DNA of 17,820 bases from Planctomycetota bacterium. GTDB lineage: Bacteria; Planctomycetota; J058. The stretch is taken from NCBI GenBank assembly GCA_016765095.1, contig JAESQQ010000852.1:1-17820 (forward strand), in the 5' to 3' direction. The notes under the pieces were generated by a model. It did not search any database, was not told the DNA's origin, and saw only the letters and a program-made list of their open reading frames with translations. Position 1 is the stretch's first letter. Each line of letters opens with the position of its first letter. A program made the translations under genes and the position numbers. Shown piece by piece: positions 1 to 7,646 of this stretch.

Positions 1-185
1 GTGGTGGCGGCGGTCGTGCCGGCAGTCGCGCCAGCCGGCGAGCTAGAGCCGCTGCAGCCCGCGAGCGCGAACACGAACACGAGGCTCGTGGTGAGGGCCT
101 TGTGCCTCGCGAGGAGGCTAGCTGCGTCCCGATAGGACGGTCTGGGAGGTCTGGGAAATGCTGCCGGCAACGTTGCTTTGTTCAT
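1..185 (-). CDS. Lipoprotein, N-terminal part only (gene runs off the left edge)
   Basis: My own minus-strand translation from the ATG at 185-183 gives MNKATLPAAFPRPPRPSYRDAASLLARHKALTTSLVFVFALAGCSGSSSPAGATAGTTAAT. This has a positive n-region, a hydrophobic core and a lipobox L-A-G-C followed by a Ser/Gly/Thr-rich linker. It is absent from the ORF track because it is truncated by the window edge. The start could instead be the in-frame TTG five codons downstream. Confidence 0.5.
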   Translation of the reverse strand, partial: MNKATLPAAFPRPPRPSYRDAASLLARHKALTTSLVFVFALAGCSGSSSPAGATAGTTAAT

Positions 186-392
186 GGTGTCTCTCTCTGG
201 TGGAGTCGGCTCTTTCGCAAGGCTCGATCCAAGGCGCAAAGCATGTCCTCGGGGGCCCTTGGCTGGCCTTGTCACTGAACTGGAGCGCCTCTGCTCCATG
301 TCTGCACCGCCAAGGGACAGACCGCGCCTCAAGAACCAGATACGCAGGCGACCGAGGTTGAACCCTGCTCCTTCTTCCCGGACGCTTGTTGA

Positions 393-2477
393 GTGCCTGA
401 CTCCGGCGACCCTCGTGATCTCGACTCGAACGACTCGACCCTCGGCGACATCCTCGACCACCGCCCCGAGGTTCCGCCCCCGCCTGTCGAAAAAGGCTCC
501 CGGTTTGGCGACTACGTCGTGCTCGAGGTGCTCGGCTCGGGGGGAATGGGCGTCGTCTACCTCGCAGAGCACACGGCCAGTCAGCAGCGAGTCGCGCTCA
601 AGACGATTCGGCCGGCCTACGTCGCCGTCGGAGACAGCCTCGAGCGCTTCTCGCGGGAAGGTCAGATCACAGCCTCGCTGCGGCACCCTGGGATCGTCGG
701 GGTCCATGCGGCTGGGCTTCAAGGCGGCCAGCCCTATCTGGTCTACGAGTTGGTCGAGGACGCCCAGAGGCTCGACGAGGCCATGAGCGCGCTGGATCTG
801 CGCGGAAGAGTCGAGCTCCTCCGAGACGTCTCGCGCGCGCTGGGCTACGCCCACGAACGTGGGGTGGTCCACCGCGACGTCAAGCCAGGGAACGTCTTGA
901 TCGACCGAGAAGGCCGTCCTCGAGTGGCTGACTTCGGGATCGCCTGGGCGACTGACCTCGACCGGATCACCCGCTCAGCGGCGGTCTTGGGGACTCCGCG
1001 CTACATGGCCCCCGAGGCGGCCGTGGGTCGGCAGGTCAATCCCGCAGTCGACGTCTGGGCCCTAGGAGTGATCCTCTACGAGGCGCTCGCCGATCGTCCC
1101 CCGATCGACGCCAGCTCGTGGTTCGAATACCTGATCTCGGCTCGCCAGGGCGTCTCCGAGGCTCCTACCCACGAATCGCGTCCGGTCCCGCCGGCGCTCG
1201 GAGAAGTCTGCCTGCGAGCGCTGCGGGGCGACCCTCGCCAGCGAACGCCTGACGCGGGCGCGTTCGCGGACGACCTCGACCGCTTCCTGCGCGGCGAACT
1301 CAGCTCGCCGCGGCGTCGGGGAGCCGTCGCTTGGCTGGGCGGGTTGGCCTTGGTCGCGGTGGGGCTCGCCGTCTTCCTCTACCTGCAATTCGCAGGAGCG
1401 GTTCATCACGAGGCCCCGCGACTCTCCTGGGCGAGCCCCTCTAACGACTTGACCTGCTTCAACACGAGCGAAGTCGAGCTTGGGGGGCGGGTCGACTCGT
1501 CGCGGGAGTGGGTTGAGCTCGAGGTCACGGGACTCGACGCTCCGATCCGAGTCCCACCTGGACCTTTCTTGATCTCGGTCCCAGTCCGCTCAGGCGAGAA
1601 CCAAATCGAAGTCCGGGCCCTCGAACCAGACCGTGACTCTCCACCGCCCTTGGTCCGCAAGGTCTACCGCTGGACGGTCCCCGCCTGGTTCCTCGCCTTG
1701 CCCCTCGCCCGCCGCGCGCCCTTGCCCCTCCCCCCTTCGCTCGAGTTCAGCGAGGCTGGCTATCGGAACCGCACCGACGGATCGATCTTGGTCTGGATTC
1801 CGCCCACGACGACTCGCCTCGGCAGCGACCGTCCCAGAGCGACTATGTATCTCTACGAGGGCCCCGAGCACGAGGTCCGCCTCGACGGCTACTTCCTGGG
1901 CCGAACGGAGGTGACTTGGGAGCAGTTTCGCCGCTACTGCAAAGCAGAGCGCCTAGACACTCCCGAGCCGGGGTTCGCGGTCACCAACCAAGACCCCGCC
2001 CACGGAATGAACTGGCCGCGAGCGCAGGCCTACTGCGCCTGGGCAGGACTCCGGCTCCCGACCGAAGCCGAGTGGGAGTACGCGGCCCGGGGGCCTGATC
2101 TCCTCCTCTTCCCCTGGGGCGGGACGAAGCTCGACGGGGTCCGAGCCAACCTCTCGACTCCGATCCCGTTCAAGGACCGCTTCCCCAACACCAGCCCGGT
2201 CGGCTCATTCCCGCGCGGGGCCTCGCCCTTTGGCTGCCTCGACATGGTCGGCAACGTCTACGAGTGGGTGTTCGACCACCTCGACGAGTATCCCCAAGGT
2301 CCGCTCGTCAATCCGCGCGGTCCCGCCACGGGGGACCACCGGGTCCTCCGCGGAGGAGCCCACACCAGCACCGACGTCGAGGTCTGCCGCACCACCTTCC
2401 GCTGGTCGGCCGAGCCTTCGCGCGAGAACCCGAAGATCGGGTTCCGGGTGGCCCTGAGCGTCCCCACCTCCCGCTGA
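393..2477 (+). CDS. Transmembrane Ser/Thr protein kinase with C-terminal FGE-sulfatase (SUMF1/formylglycine-generating-enzyme-like) domain
   Basis: Kinase motifs present: G-loop GSGGMG, VALK lysine, catalytic loop HRDVKPGNV, DFG, GTPRYMAPE. Hydrophobic span AVAWLGGLALVAVGLAVFLYLQF. The C-terminal region has FGE-sulfatase signatures: HGMNWPRAQAYCAWAGLRLPTEAEWEYAARG, GNVYEWV, RVLRGGA, GFRVA. GTG 393 is the first possible start because an in-frame TGA sits at 390-392. Confidence 0.9.
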   Translation: MPDSGDPRDLDSNDSTLGDILDHRPEVPPPPVEKGSRFGDYVVLEVLGSGGMGVVYLAEHTASQQRVALKTIRPAYVAVGDSLERFSREGQITASLRHPGIVGVHAAGLQGGQPYLVYELVEDAQRLDEAMSALDLRGRVELLRDVSRALGYAHERGVVHRDVKPGNVLIDREGRPRVADFGIAWATDLDRITRSAAVLGTPRYMAPEAAVGRQVNPAVDVWALGVILYEALADRPPIDASSWFEYLISARQGVSEAPTHESRPVPPALGEVCLRALRGDPRQRTPDAGAFADDLDRFLRGELSSPRRRGAVAWLGGLALVAVGLAVFLYLQFAGAVHHEAPRLSWASPSNDLTCFNTSEVELGGRVDSSREWVELEVTGLDAPIRVPPGPFLISVPVRSGENQIEVRALEPDRDSPPPLVRKVYRWTVPAWFLALPLARRAPLPLPPSLEFSEAGYRNRTDGSILVWIPPTTTRLGSDRPRATMYLYEGPEHEVRLDGYFLGRTEVTWEQFRRYCKAERLDTPEPGFAVTNQDPAHGMNWPRAQAYCAWAGLRLPTEAEWEYAARGPDLLLFPWGGTKLDGVRANLSTPIPFKDRFPNTSPVGSFPRGASPFGCLDMVGNVYEWVFDHLDEYPQGPLVNPRGPATGDHRVLRGGAHTSTDVEVCRTTFRWSAEPSRENPKIGFRVALSVPTSR

Positions 2478-2480
2478 CCC

Positions 2481-2520
2481 TCGTGCTCGGTCGTGCTCGT
2501 GCTCGTGCTCGTGCTCGAAC
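2481..2520. repeat. Hexanucleotide microsatellite (TCGTGC)n
   Basis: Four perfect tandem TCGTGC units at 2491-2514, flanked by imperfect units (2481-2486 and 2515-2520). The array begins 4 nt after the kinase stop codon (2475-2477). Confidence 0.85.
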
Positions 2521-2719
2521 GTCCCGGCTGGACGACCTCCGGGGACGAGTTGTCGGAATCTGCGGGTGGTGTGGGCGAGGGCGCTGGCTGTGTCTTCTGG
2601 TGCTGCTCCGCAGCACGAGGTCTCGCTTCGCTCGACCGTCGGGACCTTCCCCCGCTTCGCTCCTCCAGGTCCCGACCCATGCTACGCATGCTCGGTTTTG
2701 CAGGCATGGACTCACGGTG

Positions 2720-2753
2720 CGCTCCCTTGCTTCGCAAGGGGCGTTTGTCGTTT
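2720..2753 (+). terminator. Putative intrinsic terminator-like hairpin with U-rich tail
   Basis: Stem CCCTTGC (2724-2730) pairs with GCAAGGG (2734-2740). It can be extended by CGC/GCG pairs around one bulged T. It is followed by TTTGTCGTTTC. Only the + orientation gives a T-rich tail. It lies about 245 nt downstream of the nearest + strand stop. Confidence 0.3.
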
Positions 2754-2815
2754 CGGCGACAGCCGCCCTGGCTGAGTTCGAGACGGTCGGAGTAGGTCCT
2801 CGAGGGACCGACGAC

Positions 2816-2859
2816 GGGCGGGGGTGAACCCCGCACCCTACAGATCGCAATCGGGCCCC
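2816..2859 (+). repeat. REP-like GC-rich hairpin element, direct-orientation copy
   Basis: GGGCGGGGGTGAACCCCGCACCCTACAGATCGC..GGGCCCC is near-identical to 7718-7761 (one substitution in the first 33 nt). It contains the hairpin GCGGGG-GTGAA-CCCCGC. Confidence 0.8.
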
Positions 2860-2882
2860 CGAATAGCGACACGCCCGAGCAG

Positions 2883-2909
2883 GGGGCGGGACCCCCGCAC
2901 GCTCCAGAG
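2883..2909 (+). repeat. Degenerate second copy of the REP-like element
   Basis: GGGGGCGGGACCCCCGCACGCTCCAGAGG aligns with ..ACCCCGCACCCTACAGATC of the element at 2816, with a few substitutions and one indel. It has its own G5/C5 hairpin. Confidence 0.5.
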
Positions 2910-2957
2910 GATGCGCCGCTCGGCCTCTCAGAAGCCTCCCGGGCTTCCAATCAGCTC

Positions 2958-2990
2958 TTTGCGTCTTCGCGTCTTTGCGTCTCTGCGTTG
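2958..2990. repeat. Four tandem 8-bp units centred on GCGTCT
   Basis: GCGTCT occurs at 2961, 2969 and 2977, and GCGTTG at 2985, with a strict 8-nt period. The array lies about 180 nt upstream of the kinase gene at 3166. Confidence 0.7.
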
Positions 2991-3165
2991 ATCTCCTTCT
3001 TCCCTTCTTCCCCGCTACCGCTGTGGCCCTCGCCACCGAATCCGAGCGCCTTGGCCCTAGTTCCCGACCTCTGCGGCTCTCGGCGTGTCTCCGCGATCTC
3101 CGCGTTGAACCGTCGGTTTCGCGACCGCCTCCCCGGCTGCAAAGCGAAGCCCGTATCATTCCCGC

Positions 3166-4179
3166 GTGATCCCCACTTTCCAACGGACTCGTGACCGCGA
3201 GCTGGGCGAGCGGCTCCTCGCGCTGTGTCCCGTGCTGGAGGGGCCGCTGGAGGCTGTCGACTCCGCGATCGGGCTCCTCATGGACGAGGGAGTCTTGGAG
3301 CGGGACGACTATCGGCGAGCCCTCCCTGCCCCCGACTCCCTCCGCCCGCTCTCCTGGGGTCCTTTCTCTGTGTTCGAAGAGCTCGGGCGCGGGGCGGCCG
3401 GGATCGTCTATCGCGCGTCTCTTGGCGGGGATCCATGCGCGCTCAAGATCCTGCGTGAGCTTCCCCAAATGAGCGCGGAGGGAGAGGCTCGCTTTCGGCG
3501 CGAGGTCGAAGTCCTCGAGCGCTTGGACCACCCAGGGATCGCTCGGCTCGTGCGGGCGGGCGTCGAGGACGGGGTTCTGTTTCACGCGACGGAGTTCGTC
3601 CGTGGTGGGTCTCTCGGAGACTTCAAACGGCGGGGTCGAGGGAGCCCCGCCCGTGCGATCTTCGTCGCCCAGGGGTGCGCGGCCGCCCTCCAGCACGCTC
3701 ACGAACGAGGCGTCGTGCACCGCGACCTCAAGCCGGACAACGTCCTCCTCGACCGGGGTGGTCTCCCCCGCCTGGTGGACTTCGGCCTGGCCAAGGACCT
3801 CTGGGGCGAGAGCCTGACCCGCTCGCAAGCCTTCCTGGGGACCGCGCTCTACGCTGCACCGGAGCAAATGGTGTGGGCCAAGGACTGCAATGACCTAGCG
3901 GACGTCTACGGCCTGGGGGGCGTGCTGCACTTCGCGTTGACCGGGGGTCCTCCGTACCCGGCCCGCACGATCGGCGAGCTCTACGTCAAGGTCTCCGCCG
4001 GTTTTCAACCGCTCCACGCGTTGCCAGGGGTCCCCGGCTCAGCTCTGGGCGAGGTGAATGACCTCCTTGAGCGAGCGCTTCGCCCCCAGGTCAGCGATCG
4101 GCTCAGCCTGAGTTCGTTCCGCGAACGGCTCGAGACGCTCGCTGAGCTGCCCGGCCTGCGCCGCGAGAAATCCGCATGA
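3166..4179 (+). CDS. Ser/Thr protein kinase (soluble, single domain)
   Basis: Motifs: G-loop GRGAAGIVY, ALK lysine, HRDLKPDNVLL, DFGLAK, APE. The start is GTG at 3166; an internal ATG is possible, so the start is uncertain. The stop TGA overlaps the ATG of the next gene (ATGA at 4176-4179). Confidence 0.88.
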   Translation: MIPTFQRTRDRELGERLLALCPVLEGPLEAVDSAIGLLMDEGVLERDDYRRALPAPDSLRPLSWGPFSVFEELGRGAAGIVYRASLGGDPCALKILRELPQMSAEGEARFRREVEVLERLDHPGIARLVRAGVEDGVLFHATEFVRGGSLGDFKRRGRGSPARAIFVAQGCAAALQHAHERGVVHRDLKPDNVLLDRGGLPRLVDFGLAKDLWGESLTRSQAFLGTALYAAPEQMVWAKDCNDLADVYGLGGVLHFALTGGPPYPARTIGELYVKVSAGFQPLHALPGVPGSALGEVNDLLERALRPQVSDRLSLSSFRERLETLAELPGLRREKSA

Positions 4180-6623
4180 CGCCCGCCACGTTTCCGCTCC
4201 CCGCTGGCGCGGTCGCCGACCTCCGTCGGCTCCACTCGGAACCGGATCGGATCGCTGCGGGCCTCGCTCAAGCGACCGTCGACCGGCTCCTCGACTTGGC
4301 CCGCCTCCTGAGCGGCGGCGCCAAGGCCTGCCTGACCCTGAGCGGAGCCCCAGCCCCTTGGGGCGACGTCGAGCTCCTCACCGACGGCCGCGGCGAGACC
4401 CTGACCCTCGCGCTTGAGGTCCCGCTCCTCCCCGACGGGCTCGGCTCGGCTCGCGTATTCGGATCGCTGATCCTCGCCCCCGGCTCCACGAGTCCGCCCG
4501 ACGCGACCCTGAAACGTCACGCCGCGACGATCCTGATCGTCGATGCCCTGGCGCGAGCGGCCGAAGCAGACCCTTTGACCGGTCTCCTGACTCGGGCAGC
4601 CTTCGAGCGAGCGCTCGCGACGATCACCGAGCGAATCGGGGCCGAACAGATCGCGGTCCTGATGCTCGACGTGGACGATCTCGGGACCCTCAACGCGGCT
4701 CGCGGATATCGGGGCGGCGACGACTTGCTCCGAACGCTCGGCGCCGCCGCCTCCTCGGAAGCGGCTTTGGGGCTCGCCTGCCGCTACGGAGGCGACGAGC
4801 TGGCGCTGGTCTTGCCCGGTGCTGGGGAGGAGGAGGTCCGCGCAGTCGCCAGCCGCCTCCGGGCGGTGGTCGAGTCCTGCCGGGCAGGATCTTGCCGCCC
4901 TTCCCTGAGCGCGGGGATCGCCCGCGGGCCCGAGGACGGAGAGACCGCCGAGGAGCTGATCTACCGAGCGGATCAAGCCCTGGCGCGCGCCAAGAGCGAG
5001 GGCAAGGGGCTTACGATTCAGTGGGAGCCGTATCTCCAACGCCAGCGACGTCGCGATCGTCTGGCCGGGATCCTGACCGGCGACCCAGCCCGCGACTACC
5101 GCAACGTCCAGGCCCTCCTCGAGAGTGTGCAAGCCGTCTCGCGCCTCGGTCCCCTTGAGGAGACCCTCGCCGAGATAGTGGTCCGGGCGATCGAGATCGC
5201 CGGCGCGGATCGCGGGTTGCTCCTGCTCCGCGAGGACGAGGTCTGGAGCGCTCGCGTCGCACGACTCGCGAACGGGGAGGCCACCTCTGGCGAAGCCTTC
5301 GCGACCTCGGTCGCCGACGCCGCCCTCGCGGAGGGGCGACCGATCTCGCGGGTTGCCGAGGGGGTCGAGACGATCTCCATGAGCGCCCAGGCGCTTGGCC
5401 TCAAGGCCGTGCTCTGTGCGCCGTTGCTGGGTGAGGACGTCCCGACGGGTGTCCTCTACGTCGACGCTGCGGCGACGCCCGGTCGATTCGACGCGCCGAC
5501 CGTGGCGTTCTTGGGTGCGCTCGGCGCCGAGGTCGCGACTGCGCTTCGCAACGCCTCCCTCTACGAGCGCCTCGTGGCGCGGACCGAGCAACTCGAGGCC
5601 GACGTCAGCGATCGCGAACAGAGCCTGGTGCGACTCCGAGAGGGCTGGGCGCGCTTCCAAGGCGTGGCGAGCGCGGACGGCTACGAAGGCCTGGTGGGGC
5701 GCTCCCAGGCCATGCGCGACGTGTTCGCACAACTCGAGAGTCTGGAGGGGACCGCGGTCTCGGTCCTGATCGAAGGAGAGAGCGGGACAGGAAAGGAGCT
5801 CGTCGCGCGCGCGCTCCACGCACGCTCGGCCCGCCGGGAGGCCCCCCTCGTCGCGATCAACTGCGCAGCGATCCCCAGCTCCCTCTTTGAGAGCGAGCTC
5901 TTTGGTCACGTGAAGGGTGCCTTCACGGGCGCCGACACCGAGCGGCGCGGACTCCTTGAGGCTGCAGACGGCGGGACCCTGTTCCTAGACGAGGTCGGCG
6001 AACTGCCACCCGAAGCCCAAGCCAAGCTCCTCCGAGTCCTTCAGGAGAAGGAGATTCGCCGGGTCGGAGAGACCCAGGCCCGCAAGGTGGACTTGCGCGT
6101 GATCTCAGCGACCAACCGCTGCCTCCGGACCGCAGCAGACGAGGGCAGCTTCCGAGAGGACCTCTACTATCGCCTGGCCGTGTTTCGGGTCCTTCTCCCG
6201 CCGCTTCGCGATCGCCCAGCGGACCTCCCGCTCTTGATCGAGCACCTCTTGACCGAGCAGCGAGAGCGCGGGGTCTCGGTCGGTTCGCTGACCCCCGCGG
6301 CCCTCGAGGCGCTGGCGGGGAGACGCTGGCGCGGCAACGTTCGCGAGCTGCGAAACGCGCTCGAGCGCGCGGGGGCCCTCGCGTTGGGAGGAGCTCTGCT
6401 GCCGGAGCACTTCGAGCCTGAGCCTACGGGGGCACAACCAGAGATCGGCTTCGCCGCGCTGGTGGCGCTGCCCTTTCACGACGCAAAGGCGGCCTTCGGG
6501 CTCCATTACGTCCGCGCCCTGATCGAGCAAGAAGGCTCGATTCCGGCCGCTGCCAAGGCCGCCGGAGTCTCTCGACAGACTTTCTACCGGCTCCTGAATC
6601 GCGCAGAGGACTCCCCGAGCTGA
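4176..6623 (+). CDS. Sigma-54-dependent transcriptional activator (bacterial enhancer-binding protein) with N-terminal GGDEF-like and GAF domains
   Basis: GGDEF-type domain at about aa 131-280 ([30 protein letters not shown]), with signature GGDEL at nt 4788-4802. GAF-like region at about aa 305-465. AAA+ module with Walker [15 protein letters not shown] at nt 5916-5933, Walker [10 protein letters not shown], and REDLYYRL. C-terminal Fis-type HTH: [17 protein letters not shown]. Confidence 0.92.
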   Translation: MTPATFPLPAGAVADLRRLHSEPDRIAAGLAQATVDRLLDLARLLSGGAKACLTLSGAPAPWGDVELLTDGRGETLTLALEVPLLPDGLGSARVFGSLILAPGSTSPPDATLKRHAATILIVDALARAAEADPLTGLLTRAAFERALATITERIGAEQIAVLMLDVDDLGTLNAARGYRGGDDLLRTLGAAASSEAALGLACRYGGDELALVLPGAGEEEVRAVASRLRAVVESCRAGSCRPSLSAGIARGPEDGETAEELIYRADQALARAKSEGKGLTIQWEPYLQRQRRRDRLAGILTGDPARDYRNVQALLESVQAVSRLGPLEETLAEIVVRAIEIAGADRGLLLLREDEVWSARVARLANGEATSGEAFATSVADAALAEGRPISRVAEGVETISMSAQALGLKAVLCAPLLGEDVPTGVLYVDAAATPGRFDAPTVAFLGALGAEVATALRNASLYERLVARTEQLEADVSDREQSLVRLREGWARFQGVASADGYEGLVGRSQAMRDVFAQLESLEGTAVSVLIEGESGTGKELVARALHARSARREAPLVAINCAAIPSSLFESELFGHVKGAFTGADTERRGLLEAADGGTLFLDEVGELPPEAQAKLLRVLQEKEIRRVGETQARKVDLRVISATNRCLRTAADEGSFREDLYYRLAVFRVLLPPLRDRPADLPLLIEHLLTEQRERGVSVGSLTPAALEALAGRRWRGNVRELRNALERAGALALGGALLPEHFEPEPTGAQPEIGFAALVALPFHDAKAAFGLHYVRALIEQEGSIPAAAKAAGVSRQTFYRLLNRAEDSPS

Positions 6624-6701
6624 TCCTCGCGCCTCGGCCTCGCCCCGAAAGTCGGAGCAGGCGCCGCAACTGGGTTTGGAGACGACGACTCCGAAAGAGT
6701 C

Positions 6702-6729
6702 TTGACCGATTGCGCCTCGAGCCTAGGGT
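6702..6729 (+). promoter_or_regulatory. Candidate sigma-70-type promoter
   Basis: TTGACC (6702-6707), a 16-nt spacer, then TAGGGT (6724-6729), about 80 nt upstream of the 6812 start. This is a pattern match only, and consensus use in this organism is unknown. Confidence 0.3.
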
Positions 6730-6811
6730 GGCGGCATGAAGCATTGACCGTCAGTCCGTTCCCCAGGACCTCAGGGGAAACGAGCCCGCGCACCGCACTC
6801 ATTACTGCATC

Positions 6812-7120
6812 GTGCGCGACGATCTGCCTCTTGGCGTGTTGGCTGCCCAACTCGTTCACGCCGCCGGTGAGTCCGCTCCCGGCGATCTCTTGGCTGGAAC
6901 CCGTGCTGTTGTCCTCGCTGTAAGCGACGAGGGCGGGTTGCTTCGTGTGGCTGAGCGACTCGAAGAGCGCCGGATTTCACACGTCTGCATTCGCGAGCCC
7001 GACGCCCCCTGGCATGGCCAGGCGATGGCGATCGGGCTCGCTCCCCTTTGGAACCGAAGACCTGCGCGGCGCGTGCTGGGCCGGCTTCGATTGCTCAACT
7101 CGGAGGTAGACGATGAATGA
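6812..7120 (+). CDS. PTH2-family-like protein (peptidyl-tRNA hydrolase 2 fold), possibly catalytically divergent
   Basis: The pattern VRDDLPLGVLAAQLVHAA ... AVVLAVSDEGGLLRVAERLEERRISHVCIREPD ... AIGLAP ... LGRLRLL parallels the archaeal/eukaryotic Pth2 layout (VVRxDLxMxxGKxAAQxxHAA ... VVLKxxxEExL ... DAGxT ... LGIGP ... GxLKLL). The Lys before AAQ is replaced, so activity is uncertain. The only in-frame canonical start is GTG 6812. Confidence 0.5.
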   Translation: MRDDLPLGVLAAQLVHAAGESAPGDLLAGTRAVVLAVSDEGGLLRVAERLEERRISHVCIREPDAPWHGQAMAIGLAPLWNRRPARRVLGRLRLLNSEVDDE

Positions 7121-7442
7121 ACTCGACGTGAACACGATCAAGGCGGAGATCAAGCGACTGGCCCTGGCCTGCAAGGCGAGGAAGCGGTCCGACGGGGGAA
7201 GGGCCGATCCAATCCGCTACACCCAGCTCTGCGCGCTGCGCGCTAGCCAGCGGGGGCGTCTGCACTTCGCGCCCGGGACCAACCTCTGCGAAGCGCACTG
7301 GATCCTGGGCCTCCCTTGCAGATCGTCCGACGGATATCTACCCGTCACGCTCGCGATCCAGGAGGCTTGGGTCGCGCCCCTGCGCGAAGAATTCCTCAGC
7401 ACGAAGGCAGAGCGTCCCCCCGAGCGTGCGCAGGCTCGCTAG
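7113..7442 (+). CDS. Hypothetical protein (109 aa), overlapping the upstream gene by 8 nt
   Basis: ATG start at 7113 lies inside the end of the PTH2-like gene (stop 7118-7120). The frame has coding-like third-position GC. I recognise no motif. Confidence 0.5.
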   Translation: MNELDVNTIKAEIKRLALACKARKRSDGGRADPIRYTQLCALRASQRGRLHFAPGTNLCEAHWILGLPCRSSDGYLPVTLAIQEAWVAPLREEFLSTKAERPPERAQAR

Positions 7443-7458
7443 TCTTCAGACGTGTGCT

Positions 7459-7483
7459 GGCTCAGCCTCGGCGAGGCTGAGCC
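7459..7483 (+). other. Perfect 11-bp stem hairpin between the ORF stop and the tRNA
   Basis: GGCTCAGCCTC (7459-7469), a 3-nt loop, then GAGGCTGAGCC (7473-7483). It lies 17 nt after the TAG at 7440-7442 and 5 nt before the tRNA 5' end. No T-tract follows, so it may be a processing or stability element rather than a terminator. Confidence 0.5.
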
Positions 7484-7488
7484 CCAAA

Positions 7489-7562
7489 GCGTCAGTGGCT
7501 CAGCGGTAGAGCACCGAGCGTAATGACCTCGGGGATCGGGGGTTCGAATCCCTCCTGACGCA
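7489..7562 (+). tRNA. tRNA gene with canonical cloverleaf core but a 9-nt anticodon loop; anticodon and identity undetermined
   Basis: Acceptor GCGTCAG/CTGACGC (7 of 7 pairs). U8 present. D arm GCTC-AGCGGTA-GAGC, with A14 and G18G19. Anticodon stem CCGAG (7514-7518) pairs with CTCGG (7528-7532), enclosing CGTAATGAC (7519-7527). Variable loop GGATC. T arm GGGGG-TTCGAAT-CCCTC. Discriminator A. No encoded CCA (GCA follows). Confidence 0.7.
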
Positions 7563-7574
7563 GCAGAGGAACCA

Positions 7575-7605
7575 GCGTCTCCTCGCGACCTCCCCTCGGA
7601 GACGC
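7575..7605 (+). terminator. Hairpin downstream of the tRNA (possible terminator or processing site)
   Basis: GCGTCTCC (7575-7582) pairs perfectly with GGAGACGC (7598-7605), with a 15-nt loop. There is no clear U-tract. Confidence 0.3.
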
Positions 7606-7646
7606 GCTAGAGCTGCCCGCCTAAAAGTTCCGGTACGGGTGAATGT

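Noticed and set aside
2493-2795. 100-aa + ORF starting in the microsatellite (MLVLVLVLE...)
   Set aside because: The N-terminus is simply the translated hexamer repeat. The rest is Arg/Ser/Gly-rich, with no start-site context or motif.
2308-3867. 519-aa minus-strand ORF spanning the end of kinase 1, the intergenic region and the start of kinase 2
   Set aside because: It is a low-complexity Arg/Ser/Pro-rich translation. It crosses REP-like repeats and is antisense to two motif-supported kinase genes.
4005-5909. 634-aa ORF on the minus strand, antisense to the sigma-54 activator
   Set aside because: It is Arg/Gly/Ala-rich with no motifs, which is typical of shadow ORFs in high-GC DNA. The + strand frame carries unmistakable GGDEF, GAF and AAA+ motifs.
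6725-6745. Sigma-54 -24/-12 promoter candidates: TGGCGGCATGAAGCATTG here, TGGCAGGATCGGGGCA at about 13494, and TGGCATGGCCAGGCG at about 7012
   Set aside because: The GG-to-GC spacing is off by one, or the -12 TTGC element is missing. The 13494 and 7012 sites lie inside coding regions with no suitable downstream gene.
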